Source of the DNA: an uncultured Clostridia bacterium | GTDB taxonomy: Bacteria; Bacillota; Clostridia; Oscillospirales; CAG-272 | NCBI GenBank assembly: GCA_937893945.1 | Contig: CALCTA010000107.1 | Coordinates: 1-44,940, forward strand | Length of the DNA: 44,940 bases | Reading direction: 5' to 3' | Part shown: positions 34,441 to 44,391 of the stretch, one piece after another | Layout: every line of letters begins with the position of its first letter | How positions within the stretch are numbered: position 1 is the stretch's first letter | The notes under the pieces: model-generated | Database searches by the model: none | Seen by the model: the letters and a program-made list of their open reading frames with translations, nothing else | What the model was told of the DNA's origin: nothing | Program-made: the position numbers and the translations under genes

Positions 34441-35943
34441 ATGCAAAAAAATATTCTTGAATATCTTGAAAGCACCGTAAAGGTCTGCCCCGACAAATTA
34501 GCTTTTTCCACGGGCAAGGAGGGAATGACCTTCTCGGAGATATACACGCGCTCGCGTGCCGTTGGAAGCTTTCTCGCTGATAACGGATTTTACGGTGAGC
34601 CGATAGCTATAATAATGGACAAGCACCCCCGCACGCTCACGGCGTTCTGGGGAGTAAATTACGCCGGCTGTTTTTACGCTTGCATAGATGAAAAGATGCC
34701 CGAGGCGAGAATGAGCGCTATTATCGAAAAGCTCTCGCCAAGAGCTATTATCTGCGACACTAAAAACAGAAAGACCGCAGAAGCGCTCAACGTTGATACG
34801 GTGTATCTCTACGACGATATATGCAACTACCCAGTAAACGAGAGCGTACTTGCCGATATACGAGCAAAGCAGAGCAGTACCGACGCTATCTACGTTGCCT
34901 TCACATCAGGCTCTACGGGTACGCCCAAAGGAGTTGTAGCCGCGCACCGCTCGGTAATAGACTATACCGAAACACTTTGCGAAGCACTTGAGTTTGACAG
35001 CAATACTGTTTTCGGAAATCAGACACCGCTCTATTTTGATGCGCCCTTAAAAGAGATAATGCCTACCCTCAAGCTCGGCGCAACGACTTATTTTATCCCC
35101 AAGATGCTTTTCTCGTTTCCGGTCAAGCTTGTCGAATATCTTGACGAGCATAAAATTAACACTATCTGCTGGGTAGTGTCGGCACTCGTTCAGATATCCT
35201 CGCTCGGCGCACTTGAAAATCACACGCCTAAATATCTTACAAAGGTAGCGTTTGGAAGCGAGCTGTTCCCGAGAAAGCAGTACGATCTCTGGCGCGCAGC
35301 ACTTCCCGAAGCGGACTTTTATAATCTCTACGGTCCGACTGAGGCTACGGGAATGTCTTGCTATTGGAAGGCAGACAGAGAGCTGAATCCGGACGAGCCT
35401 ATCCCGATAGGTAGGCCGTTTGACAACACGGACATTATCCTTATAGACGAGGGCGTACGCTCAGAGCAGGGAGAGATATGCATACGCGGAACGTGTCTTA
35501 CTATGGGATACTATAACGATAAGGACAAGACAGACGCGGCATTCGTGCAGAATCCGCTTAATACGGCATACCCTGAGCTGATATATAAAACAGGGGATAT
35601 AGGCAGGATAAACGAGCGCGGAGAGCTTGTTTTCCTCTGCCGCAAGGACTCGCAGATAAAGCATATGGGACACCGCATCGAGCTTGGCGAGATCGAGAGC
35701 GCGGCACTCAAATGCGACGGCGTGCGAAGCGCTTGCTGTGTTTATGACAACGAGGGCAAGCGTATAGTTCTGTACGCGGTAGGAGATACCTCGCCAGAGG
35801 AAATAGCCTCTATATTACGCGGATATCTGCCGAGATATATGCTTCCCGCGCATATTGAAAAATTAGACGTGCTTCCGTTTACAACAAACGGAAAGATAGA
35901 CAGAAAAGGACTTAAGGAAAGAGCCGAGAAGGCGCTTTCTTAA
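34441..35943 (+). CDS. DltA-like stand-alone adenylation enzyme (carrier-protein ligase); substrate not assignable
   Basis: ANL/NRPS A-domain cores: A3 YVAFTSGSTGTPKGV, A4 FDAPLKE, A5 NLYGPTEAT, A7 YKTGD, A8 GHRIELGEIE and A10 NGKIDRK. The ATG lies 2 nt after the upstream stop. Confidence 0.85.
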   Translation: MQKNILEYLESTVKVCPDKLAFSTGKEGMTFSEIYTRSRAVGSFLADNGFYGEPIAIIMDKHPRTLTAFWGVNYAGCFYACIDEKMPEARMSAIIEKLSPRAIICDTKNRKTAEALNVDTVYLYDDICNYPVNESVLADIRAKQSSTDAIYVAFTSGSTGTPKGVVAAHRSVIDYTETLCEALEFDSNTVFGNQTPLYFDAPLKEIMPTLKLGATTYFIPKMLFSFPVKLVEYLDEHKINTICWVVSALVQISSLGALENHTPKYLTKVAFGSELFPRKQYDLWRAALPEADFYNLYGPTEATGMSCYWKADRELNPDEPIPIGRPFDNTDIILIDEGVRSEQGEICIRGTCLTMGYYNDKDKTDAAFVQNPLNTAYPELIYKTGDIGRINERGELVFLCRKDSQIKHMGHRIELGEIESAALKCDGVRSACCVYDNEGKRIVLYAVGDTSPEEIASILRGYLPRYMLPAHIEKLDVLPFTTNGKIDRKGLKERAEKALS

Positions 35944-35960
35944 CTAAGGAGAACATTGGT

Positions 35961-36188
35961 ATGGAAAAACTTATCGCAATTCTTTCCTCGCTTCATCCCG
36001 ACGTGGATTTTGAGAATAACGATTCGCTTATCGACGACGGTATTCTTGACTCCCTCGATATAGTAACTCTCGTTACCGAGATAAATGCTACCTTCGACGT
36101 TATCATTCCCGCCGAAGAGGTAGTTCCCGAGAATTTCAACTCAGCAGAGGCTCTTATGGAGCTTATCACAAGGCTTGACGAGGAATAA
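35961..36188 (+). CDS. DltC-like acyl/peptidyl carrier protein
   Basis: 75 aa with the phosphopantetheine attachment motif GILDSLDIVTLV. Confidence 0.85.
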   Translation: MEKLIAILSSLHPDVDFENNDSLIDDGILDSLDIVTLVTEINATFDVIIPAEEVVPENFNSAEALMELITRLDEE

Positions 36189-36197
36189 TAATACAAA

Positions 36198-37787
36198 ATG
36201 CTTTTTACGTCATACGGATTTATTCTCTTTATGGCTCTGCTGCTCTGCGTCTATTATATCTTCCCCAAGAAATATCAATGGACGCTTCTGCTTGTAGGCA
36301 GCTACTTTTTCTACGCCTTTTCGGGCATAGAGAACTTCGCGTTTATAATTTTTACGACTCTCTCGTGCTTCTTTATTGCGAGAGTGATAGAGAAGAGAAA
36401 GACACGCGAGGACGAATACGTAGCGCTCAACAAGGAAAGCTTGAGCAAGGAAGAGAGAAAGGCATACAGAGCAAAAGAGAAGAAAAAGAGATTTTATATT
36501 CTTGTTCTTGGATTGCTGCTTAATTTCGGAATTCTTGCAATTCTTAAATACACAGCCTTTGCAGTAAAGAATCTCAATAGCGCTCTTGTTATCTTCGGAG
36601 CTGATAAGCTTACCGTTCCCGATCTGATAATACCCTTAGGACTTTCCTTCTTTGTATTTCAAAGCACGGGATATCTTATCGACGTTTACAGAGGCAAGAC
36701 CTTTGCCGAGAAGAATATCGCAAGACTTGCGCTCTTCGTATCTTTCTTTCCGCAGCTTGCCCAAGGCCCTATCTCAAGACATTCTGACCTTGCCGCAGAG
36801 CTTTATACTCCGCACCCCTTTTGCGCCAAAGCGCTGAAGTTCGGCTTGCAGAGAATACTCTGGGGATACTTCAAGAAGCTTGTCATTGCAGACAGAGTGC
36901 TTGTAGCTATCAAGTCTCTCCTTGGAGATACCTCGTCCTATACGGGCGCTTACGTAGCTCTGCTTATCATTCTTTATTCAATAGAGATATACGCCGATTT
37001 CACTGGCGGAATAGATATAACTATCGGTATTGCCGAGGCAATGGGAATTCGCCTCAAGGAGAACTTCAATCATCCGTTCTCCTCGCGCTCGACCAAGGAG
37101 TATTGGAACAGATGGCATATCACGATGGGAAGCTGGTTTACAGATTACGTCTTTTATCCGCTCTCATTCTCAAGACCGATGATGAAGCTCTCGACCTGGA
37201 GCAGAGCTAAGCTCGGCAACGCGGTAGGAAAGAGATTGCCCGTATATATAGCGACCTCTGTAACTTGGTTCTTAACGGGACTATGGCACGGAGCGGCGTG
37301 GAACTTTATCGTCTGGGGAATGCTCAACTGCCTCGTTATTCTCGTCTCTCAGGAGCTTGAACCGCTTTACAGACGCTTCCGCGAGAAATTTCCTCGCCTT
37401 ACCGCATCCTACGGTTATCATTGCTTTGAGGCTTCGCGCACCTTCTTACTCATGGGACTTATCCGCTCGCTCGATTGCTACGCAAACGTGCCTCTCTCTT
37501 TTCGCATGTGGGGTAGTATGCTCACAACCTTCAATTACGGAAGCTGCTTTGGCGGAGGCATACTCGACCTCGGACTTGAGATAAAGGATTACGTTATTAT
37601 TGCAGTAGCCGTGGCAGTCGTGGCAGTAGTAGCAAAGATTTCCGAAAAACGAGATCTGCGCGAGTGGTTGCTTGGTAAGACTGTGCTTTCCTGGACACTA
37701 AGTGCGGCGATATTGATAGCAATAATCCTGTTTGGCGCTTACAGCATCGGATATGACGCATCACAGTTTATTTATACACAATTCTGA
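36198..37787 (+). CDS. MBOAT family O-acyltransferase (AlgI/DltB-like)
   Basis: 529 aa, multi-TM, with the conserved His block YWNRWHITMGSWFTDYVFYPL. Confidence 0.88.
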   Translation: MLFTSYGFILFMALLLCVYYIFPKKYQWTLLLVGSYFFYAFSGIENFAFIIFTTLSCFFIARVIEKRKTREDEYVALNKESLSKEERKAYRAKEKKKRFYILVLGLLLNFGILAILKYTAFAVKNLNSALVIFGADKLTVPDLIIPLGLSFFVFQSTGYLIDVYRGKTFAEKNIARLALFVSFFPQLAQGPISRHSDLAAELYTPHPFCAKALKFGLQRILWGYFKKLVIADRVLVAIKSLLGDTSSYTGAYVALLIILYSIEIYADFTGGIDITIGIAEAMGIRLKENFNHPFSSRSTKEYWNRWHITMGSWFTDYVFYPLSFSRPMMKLSTWSRAKLGNAVGKRLPVYIATSVTWFLTGLWHGAAWNFIVWGMLNCLVILVSQELEPLYRRFREKFPRLTASYGYHCFEASRTFLLMGLIRSLDCYANVPLSFRMWGSMLTTFNYGSCFGGGILDLGLEIKDYVIIAVAVAVVAVVAKISEKRDLREWLLGKTVLSWTLSAAILIAIILFGAYSIGYDASQFIYTQF

Positions 37788-37802
37788 TATATAGGAATAT
37801 AA

Positions 37803-38837
37803 ATGAAGAAAAAGATTTTAGTAAGCATAGCGGCGCTCCTGATAATAGTTCTGATACTCGGACTGCTTCAGGCGCTTGTCGTTCCAAAGTATATAACTAA
37901 TCCCGAAGGACTTCTTACGGGAGAATATTACGCCGACGCCGGCGGACACGACGTTATATTCGTGGGCGACTGTGAGGCTTATGAGAGCGTAGTGCCTTCG
38001 ATTTTATGGAAGGAATACGGTATCACCTCTTACGTGCGCGGCGGTGCTCAACAGCTTGTCTGGCATTCATATTATCTTCTTGAGGAGACCTTCAAATATG
38101 AGTCTCCAAAGGCGGTAGTGTTTAACGTTTACGCACTCAAATACGGCGAGCCGCAGAGCGAGGCGTATAACAGAATGACCTTTGACAATATGAAATGGTC
38201 AACTGCAAAGGTAAATGGAATATTCGCGTCTATGACCGAGGATGAGAGCTTTGTTGAATATCTCTTTCCCTTGCTCCGCTACCATTCCAGAATAACCGAG
38301 CTTGAAAAGACTGATTTCGAGTATTGGCTCAAAAGTCCTGAGGACGTATCGGACAACGGTTATCTTATGAAGACGGGCGTCAGACCTATGCCTGAGAGCG
38401 AGCCTATAACAGATGCTCCCGAGGAGCTTATACCCGATAGCTCTATAGAATATCTGGATAAGATGCGAGAGCTTTGCGCGGAGAATGACTGTGAGCTGAT
38501 ACTTATGAAAGCACCCACTAATCCGAGAGGATATTGGTGGTATGACGAGTGGGATGCGCAGATAACCGAATATGCAGAGCAGCATAGCCTGTCTTACTAT
38601 AATTTTATCCCTCACGCAGAGGAGATGGGCATAGACTGGCAGACAGATACCTACGACGAGGGACTTCACCTCAACGTTTACGGAGCAGAGAAGTTTACAA
38701 AGCATCTCGGTGCACTGCTTTCCGCAAAACACGGTATTGCCTCTCATAAGGATGAAGCCGACACACTCTCTCGTTGGAATGAATATCTCGACGAATATGA
38801 AAACAAGAAGAAGCAAATGGAGGACACCGATAAATGA
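37803..38837 (+). CDS. Membrane-anchored SGNH/DltD-like protein with Cys at the block-I nucleophile position
   Basis: N-terminal TM segment. Block I is VIFVGDCEAY (GDC at 37965-37973) and block V is DEGLHLN. Its position directly after the MBOAT matches that of DltD/AlgJ-type partners. Confidence 0.68.
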   Translation: MKKKILVSIAALLIIVLILGLLQALVVPKYITNPEGLLTGEYYADAGGHDVIFVGDCEAYESVVPSILWKEYGITSYVRGGAQQLVWHSYYLLEETFKYESPKAVVFNVYALKYGEPQSEAYNRMTFDNMKWSTAKVNGIFASMTEDESFVEYLFPLLRYHSRITELEKTDFEYWLKSPEDVSDNGYLMKTGVRPMPESEPITDAPEELIPDSSIEYLDKMRELCAENDCELILMKAPTNPRGYWWYDEWDAQITEYAEQHSLSYYNFIPHAEEMGIDWQTDTYDEGLHLNVYGAEKFTKHLGALLSAKHGIASHKDEADTLSRWNEYLDEYENKKKQMEDTDK

Positions 38838-39337
38838 AAGCTATTATGAAAATTTTGTGCGCGGTATTAGCGCTTATTTGCATTGGCACTATGACGCTAG
38901 CCTGCGATAGCTCAAACGACGATAACGGCGGAGCTTCGGGCGGCACGTTCGGTATTGTCTATAAGGACACTACCATCAAGCTCGACGAGAAGGCTGACGG
39001 AGTTCTCTCTAAGCTCGGCGAGCCTAAACACACCGATAATCTCGGAGATTGCGGCGGCATTGGCGTGCAGACCAAATACACCTTTGACGATATAGCAATC
39101 AACACCCTTAAGGAAAAGGACGGAGAGAAGATACACAAGATAGCCTTGCTCAACGACCTCGTTTCTACCTCTAAGGGTATTTCCATCGGATCAGACGAGG
39201 CGAGCGTCAAGGAAGCCTACGGTACACCCTCTGCTGAGGAGAACGGCAAGCTGATCTACAAGAGCGGAAATCTTGAGCTTGAGTTTACCGTTAAGGGCGG
39301 AAGTGTTACCGCTATAAATTATAGAAGAATAGTCTGA
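38834..39337 (+). CDS. Small lipoprotein of unknown function
   Basis: Lipobox TLAC. ATGA overlap with the upstream stop. The C-terminal GISIGSDEASVKEAYGTPS-type repeat is common in small secreted beta-proteins. Confidence 0.62.
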   Translation: MKAIMKILCAVLALICIGTMTLACDSSNDDNGGASGGTFGIVYKDTTIKLDEKADGVLSKLGEPKHTDNLGDCGGIGVQTKYTFDDIAINTLKEKDGEKIHKIALLNDLVSTSKGISIGSDEASVKEAYGTPSAEENGKLIYKSGNLELEFTVKGGSVTAINYRRIV

Positions 39338-39354
39338 ACAATATAGCAAAAAAG

Positions 39355-39406
39355 AAAAGAGAGTGCTGAAAAAACGATTTTTGTCGGAATTCGGCACTCT
39401 CTTTTT
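39355..39406 (+). terminator. Intrinsic terminator of the six-gene operon
   Basis: AAAAGAGAGTGC (39355-39366) pairs with GCACTCTCTTTT (39394-39405), with a 27-nt loop and a T-run. Confidence 0.6.
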
Positions 39407-39488
39407 GTGCTTTTATGAAAAAATAGAAAAAACTGCAATATTTTTAGCACTGTTCACAAATAATTAACAAAAAACTTTTAAAAAACCC

Positions 39489-39517
39489 TTGACAAACAGA
39501 GCAAAAAATGATAAATT
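39489..39517 (+). promoter_or_regulatory. Sigma-A promoter of the hrcA operon
   Basis: TTGACA (39489-39494), a 17-nt spacer ending in TGA, then TAAATT (39512-39517). Confidence 0.55.
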
Positions 39518-39529
39518 TTATACAGTGAT

Positions 39530-39556
39530 TTAGCACTTGAGGCAAAAGAGTGCTAA
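39530..39556 (+). promoter_or_regulatory. CIRCE operator (HrcA binding site)
   Basis: TTAGCACTT-N9-GAGTGCTAA against the consensus TTAGCACTC-N9-GAGTGCTAA. It lies between the -10 box and the hrcA SD. Confidence 0.92.
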
Positions 39557-39587
39557 ACCAAGTTAAAAAACGAGAGGAGAAAGGTTA

Positions 39588-40661
39588 ATGGGACACGAAA
39601 ATCTCAGCGAAAGAAAAAAGCTTATACTTAAGGCTATCGTTGAAGCTCATATTGACGGTGGCGAGCCTGTCGGTTCAAAGTATATAATGCAGAATAATCT
39701 TCTCTCATGCTCATCTGCAACGATAAGAAACGAAATGGCAGAGCTTGAGCAAATGGGCTACCTCGTACAGCCTCATACTTCAGCCGGCAGAGTGCCAAGC
39801 GAGGCAGGCTACAGATTTTACGTTGACGCTCTCGTGGAGCAGTACGCGAGAACCACTCACGAGGTGGTGCAGATAAATCAGCTTCTTAGAACAAAGATGA
39901 ACGAGCTTGATCAGCTTCTTGATACGGCGTCTCGTCTCGCTTCTACAATGACTAATTACACAGGCATTGCGATAAAGCCTAAGTCCAATTCGGTAACGAT
40001 GTCGAAATTTGAGATAATACCGATGGACCAGAACAATTTCGCGATGGTAATGATAAGCTCGGGCGGCGTTGTAAAGACTAAAAAGGTAAAGACTGCCGAG
40101 ATTATCCCCGAGGGAGCGCTTGCGAGACTTTCCGAACTTTTCAATTCGTCTCTGTGCGGAATTGGCGCGGATATGATAACTCTCCCGATAATTATGCGAC
40201 TTGAGGTCGAGATGGGAGATGCGGCATTCCTTGTAAACCCCACGGTCAAGTGTGTTTATGAGGTAATGAATGAAATTGACGGCGGAGAGATGAAGCTCTC
40301 GGGTCTTAATCATCTTCTTAAGTATCCCGAATACGCAGATACAGCGGAATTTGGTGAGCTGCTCGGAACACTTGAAAGTCAGGAGGAGATACTTGAGCTG
40401 GTATCTACCGCCGAGAGCGATGATATAAACGTCCTCATCGGTTCTGAAAGCTCTGTAAAGGTAATGAACAATTCCTCGCTCGTCTTTACACCGATAAAGA
40501 AGAACGGTCATACGATCGGCGTTATCGGCGTATTAGGACCGAGACGAATGAATTATAAACAGGTTTTAAAGGCCCTCGGAGACATAGGCGGAAGCATAGC
40601 GCAGATGATGGAAGAGGACAGACAGTTAAAGGAAGCAAATACAAAGGAAGGAGATAATTGA
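39588..40661 (+). CDS. hrcA: Heat-inducible transcription repressor HrcA
   Basis: LSERKKLILKAIVEAHIDGGEPVGSK...ATIRNEMAELEQMGYLVQPHTSAGRVPS, plus operon context. Confidence 0.95.
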   Translation: MGHENLSERKKLILKAIVEAHIDGGEPVGSKYIMQNNLLSCSSATIRNEMAELEQMGYLVQPHTSAGRVPSEAGYRFYVDALVEQYARTTHEVVQINQLLRTKMNELDQLLDTASRLASTMTNYTGIAIKPKSNSVTMSKFEIIPMDQNNFAMVMISSGGVVKTKKVKTAEIIPEGALARLSELFNSSLCGIGADMITLPIIMRLEVEMGDAAFLVNPTVKCVYEVMNEIDGGEMKLSGLNHLLKYPEYADTAEFGELLGTLESQEEILELVSTAESDDINVLIGSESSVKVMNNSSLVFTPIKKNGHTIGVIGVLGPRRMNYKQVLKALGDIGGSIAQMMEEDRQLKEANTKEGDN

Positions 40662-41263
40662 TGGAAGAGAACAAGAACACCTGCCCTGAGGACATCAAGG
40701 AGCAGGAGGCGGCAGAGGCACAGGCTGAAAACACCGAGCCGATGCAGGATGCAACTTCCGAGGCAGAGGCTGAGGAAAAGCTCTCGGGCAAGGAAAAACG
40801 AAAGATGAAGAAAGCTGAGGCGGAGATAGAAAAGCTTAACGCGACTATCGCCGAGGAGCAGGATAAGTATTTAAGACTTTACGCGGAATACGATAATTTC
40901 CGTAAGAGAAGCGCAAGAGAGCGCGAGGGCATTTATACAGACGCATACTGTGATGCGCTTTCACAGATACTGCCGGTTCTCGATAATCTCGAGAGAGCGG
41001 CACAGTTCAACGCCGAGGAAGCAGACTCACCCATGGCAAAGGGACTTGAGCTTACACTCAAGAGCTTTGTAGAAACGCTGAACAAAATGGGAGTTTACGA
41101 GATAGAGGCGCTTGATAAGGAATTCGATCCCAACCTTCACAATGCTGTAATGCACGTTGACGATGAGGGCGTGGGCGAAAATATAGTAGTTGAGGTCTTT
41201 ATGAAGGGATATAAAAAAGGAGACAAGGTGCTCCGTCATTCCATGGTAAAGGTCGCAAACTAA
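40661..41263 (+). CDS. grpE: Nucleotide exchange factor GrpE
   Basis: LRLYAEYDNFRKRSARE, GVYEIEALDKEFDPNLHNAVMHV and GYKKGDKVLRHSMVKV. The ATG overlaps the hrcA TGA (TGATG). Confidence 0.95.
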   Translation: MEENKNTCPEDIKEQEAAEAQAENTEPMQDATSEAEAEEKLSGKEKRKMKKAEAEIEKLNATIAEEQDKYLRLYAEYDNFRKRSAREREGIYTDAYCDALSQILPVLDNLERAAQFNAEEADSPMAKGLELTLKSFVETLNKMGVYEIEALDKEFDPNLHNAVMHVDDEGVGENIVVEVFMKGYKKGDKVLRHSMVKVAN

Positions 41264-41291
41264 AATAATAACTTATATTTGAAAAATTTAG

Positions 41292-43145
<1,854 letters not shown>

Positions 43146-43158
43146 TTATTATAGCACA

Positions 43159-43187
43159 GCGCTAAACGGCATTTTGCCGTTTAGCGC
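43159..43187 (+). other. 13-bp perfect hairpin between dnaK and dnaJ with no U-tract
   Basis: GCGCTAAACGGCA (43159-43171), loop TTT, then TGCCGTTTAGCGC (43175-43187), followed by GAAAGTGC. Confidence 0.6.
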
Positions 43188-43237
43188 GAAAGTGCTTTTA
43201 TAAAGGAATTTTATTTTAGGGTTAACGAGGCAATTTT

Positions 43238-44380
43238 ATGGCAGATAAACGAGATTATTACGAGGTGTTAGGACTTTCCAAGGGTGCTGACGAGACCGAA
43301 ATCAAAAAGGCGTATCGCACTATGGCAAAGAAATACCACCCCGATATGAACCCCGGAAATGCCGAGGCAGAGGCTAAATTCAAGGAAGTAAACGAAGCGT
43401 ATGCGGTTCTTTCTGACGCTGATAAAAAGGCGCAGTATGATCAGTACGGACATGCGGCATTTGACCAGACAGCAGGCGGCGGTGGCTACGGCGGATTTGG
43501 CGGATTTAGCGACTTTGGCGATATCGGGGATATATTCGGTAGCATATTTGGCGGCGGATTCGGCGGAGCATCGAGACAGAACAGAAATGCTCCTATGCGT
43601 GGCGAAGACGTTATGGCAAAGGTAACCATAAGCTTTGAAGAAGCAGTCTTTGGCGTTAAGCAGGACGTTTCCTACAGCCGCATACAAAAATGCTCAGACT
43701 GTGGTGGCTCGGGCGCGGCAAAGGGAACGAGTGCTGAGACCTGTAGCGCTTGTCGCGGAAGCGGACAGAGAGTTATTGCTCAGCGTATAGGCGGCATGGC
43801 GTTCCAGTCCACGACCACCTGCGACGCTTGTAAGGGAAAGGGCAAGATAATCAAGGAGCCCTGCTCGAACTGTCGCGGAAAGGGCTTCGTAAAGGTCAAT
43901 AAGAAATATGCGGTTTCTATCCCTGCGGGAATTAACGACGGACAGCGCCTTACTATAAGAGGACAGGGCTGCGACGGACGAAACGGCGGTCCTGCAGGCG
44001 ATCTTATCATTACCGTCAACGTCAAACCTCACGCTTTCTTTGAACGCGATGGCTTCAACATCTACTGCGACGTTCCGCTTACCGTAGCGGAGGCTACACT
44101 TGGTGCGGAGATCGAAGTGCCTACACTTGAGGGTAACCAGAAGTTTACTATCCCCGAGGGTACTCAGGGCGGAACTGAATTCACGCTTAAACAGAAGGGC
44201 GTACCCTTTATAAATAATCCCAACCGCCGAGGAGACCTTATATTTACTACTGTTATTGAGATTCCCAGAGGCCTTAACGAAAAGCAGAAGGAGCATATGA
44301 GAGCCTTTGCGGACTCCTGCAAGGAGAGCAATTACTCAAAGAAAAACGGATTTTTCAAGAGAATATTTGATAAAAAATAA
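43238..44380 (+). CDS. dnaJ: Co-chaperone DnaJ
   Basis: J domain with HPD (KYHPDMNPG), a G/F-rich region, and four CxxCxGxG zinc repeats. Confidence 0.97.
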   Translation: MADKRDYYEVLGLSKGADETEIKKAYRTMAKKYHPDMNPGNAEAEAKFKEVNEAYAVLSDADKKAQYDQYGHAAFDQTAGGGGYGGFGGFSDFGDIGDIFGSIFGGGFGGASRQNRNAPMRGEDVMAKVTISFEEAVFGVKQDVSYSRIQKCSDCGGSGAAKGTSAETCSACRGSGQRVIAQRIGGMAFQSTTTCDACKGKGKIIKEPCSNCRGKGFVKVNKKYAVSIPAGINDGQRLTIRGQGCDGRNGGPAGDLIITVNVKPHAFFERDGFNIYCDVPLTVAEATLGAEIEVPTLEGNQKFTIPEGTQGGTEFTLKQKGVPFINNPNRRGDLIFTTVIEIPRGLNEKQKEHMRAFADSCKESNYSKKNGFFKRIFDKK

Positions 44381-44391
44381 AGGACTTAAAA

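Noticed and set aside
39444-39451. Second CIRCE element upstream of the hrcA promoter
   Set aside because: Only the left arm TTAGCACT is present, with no matching GAGTGCTAA 9 nt downstream. It is likely non-functional on its own, and I mention it only in the CIRCE finding.
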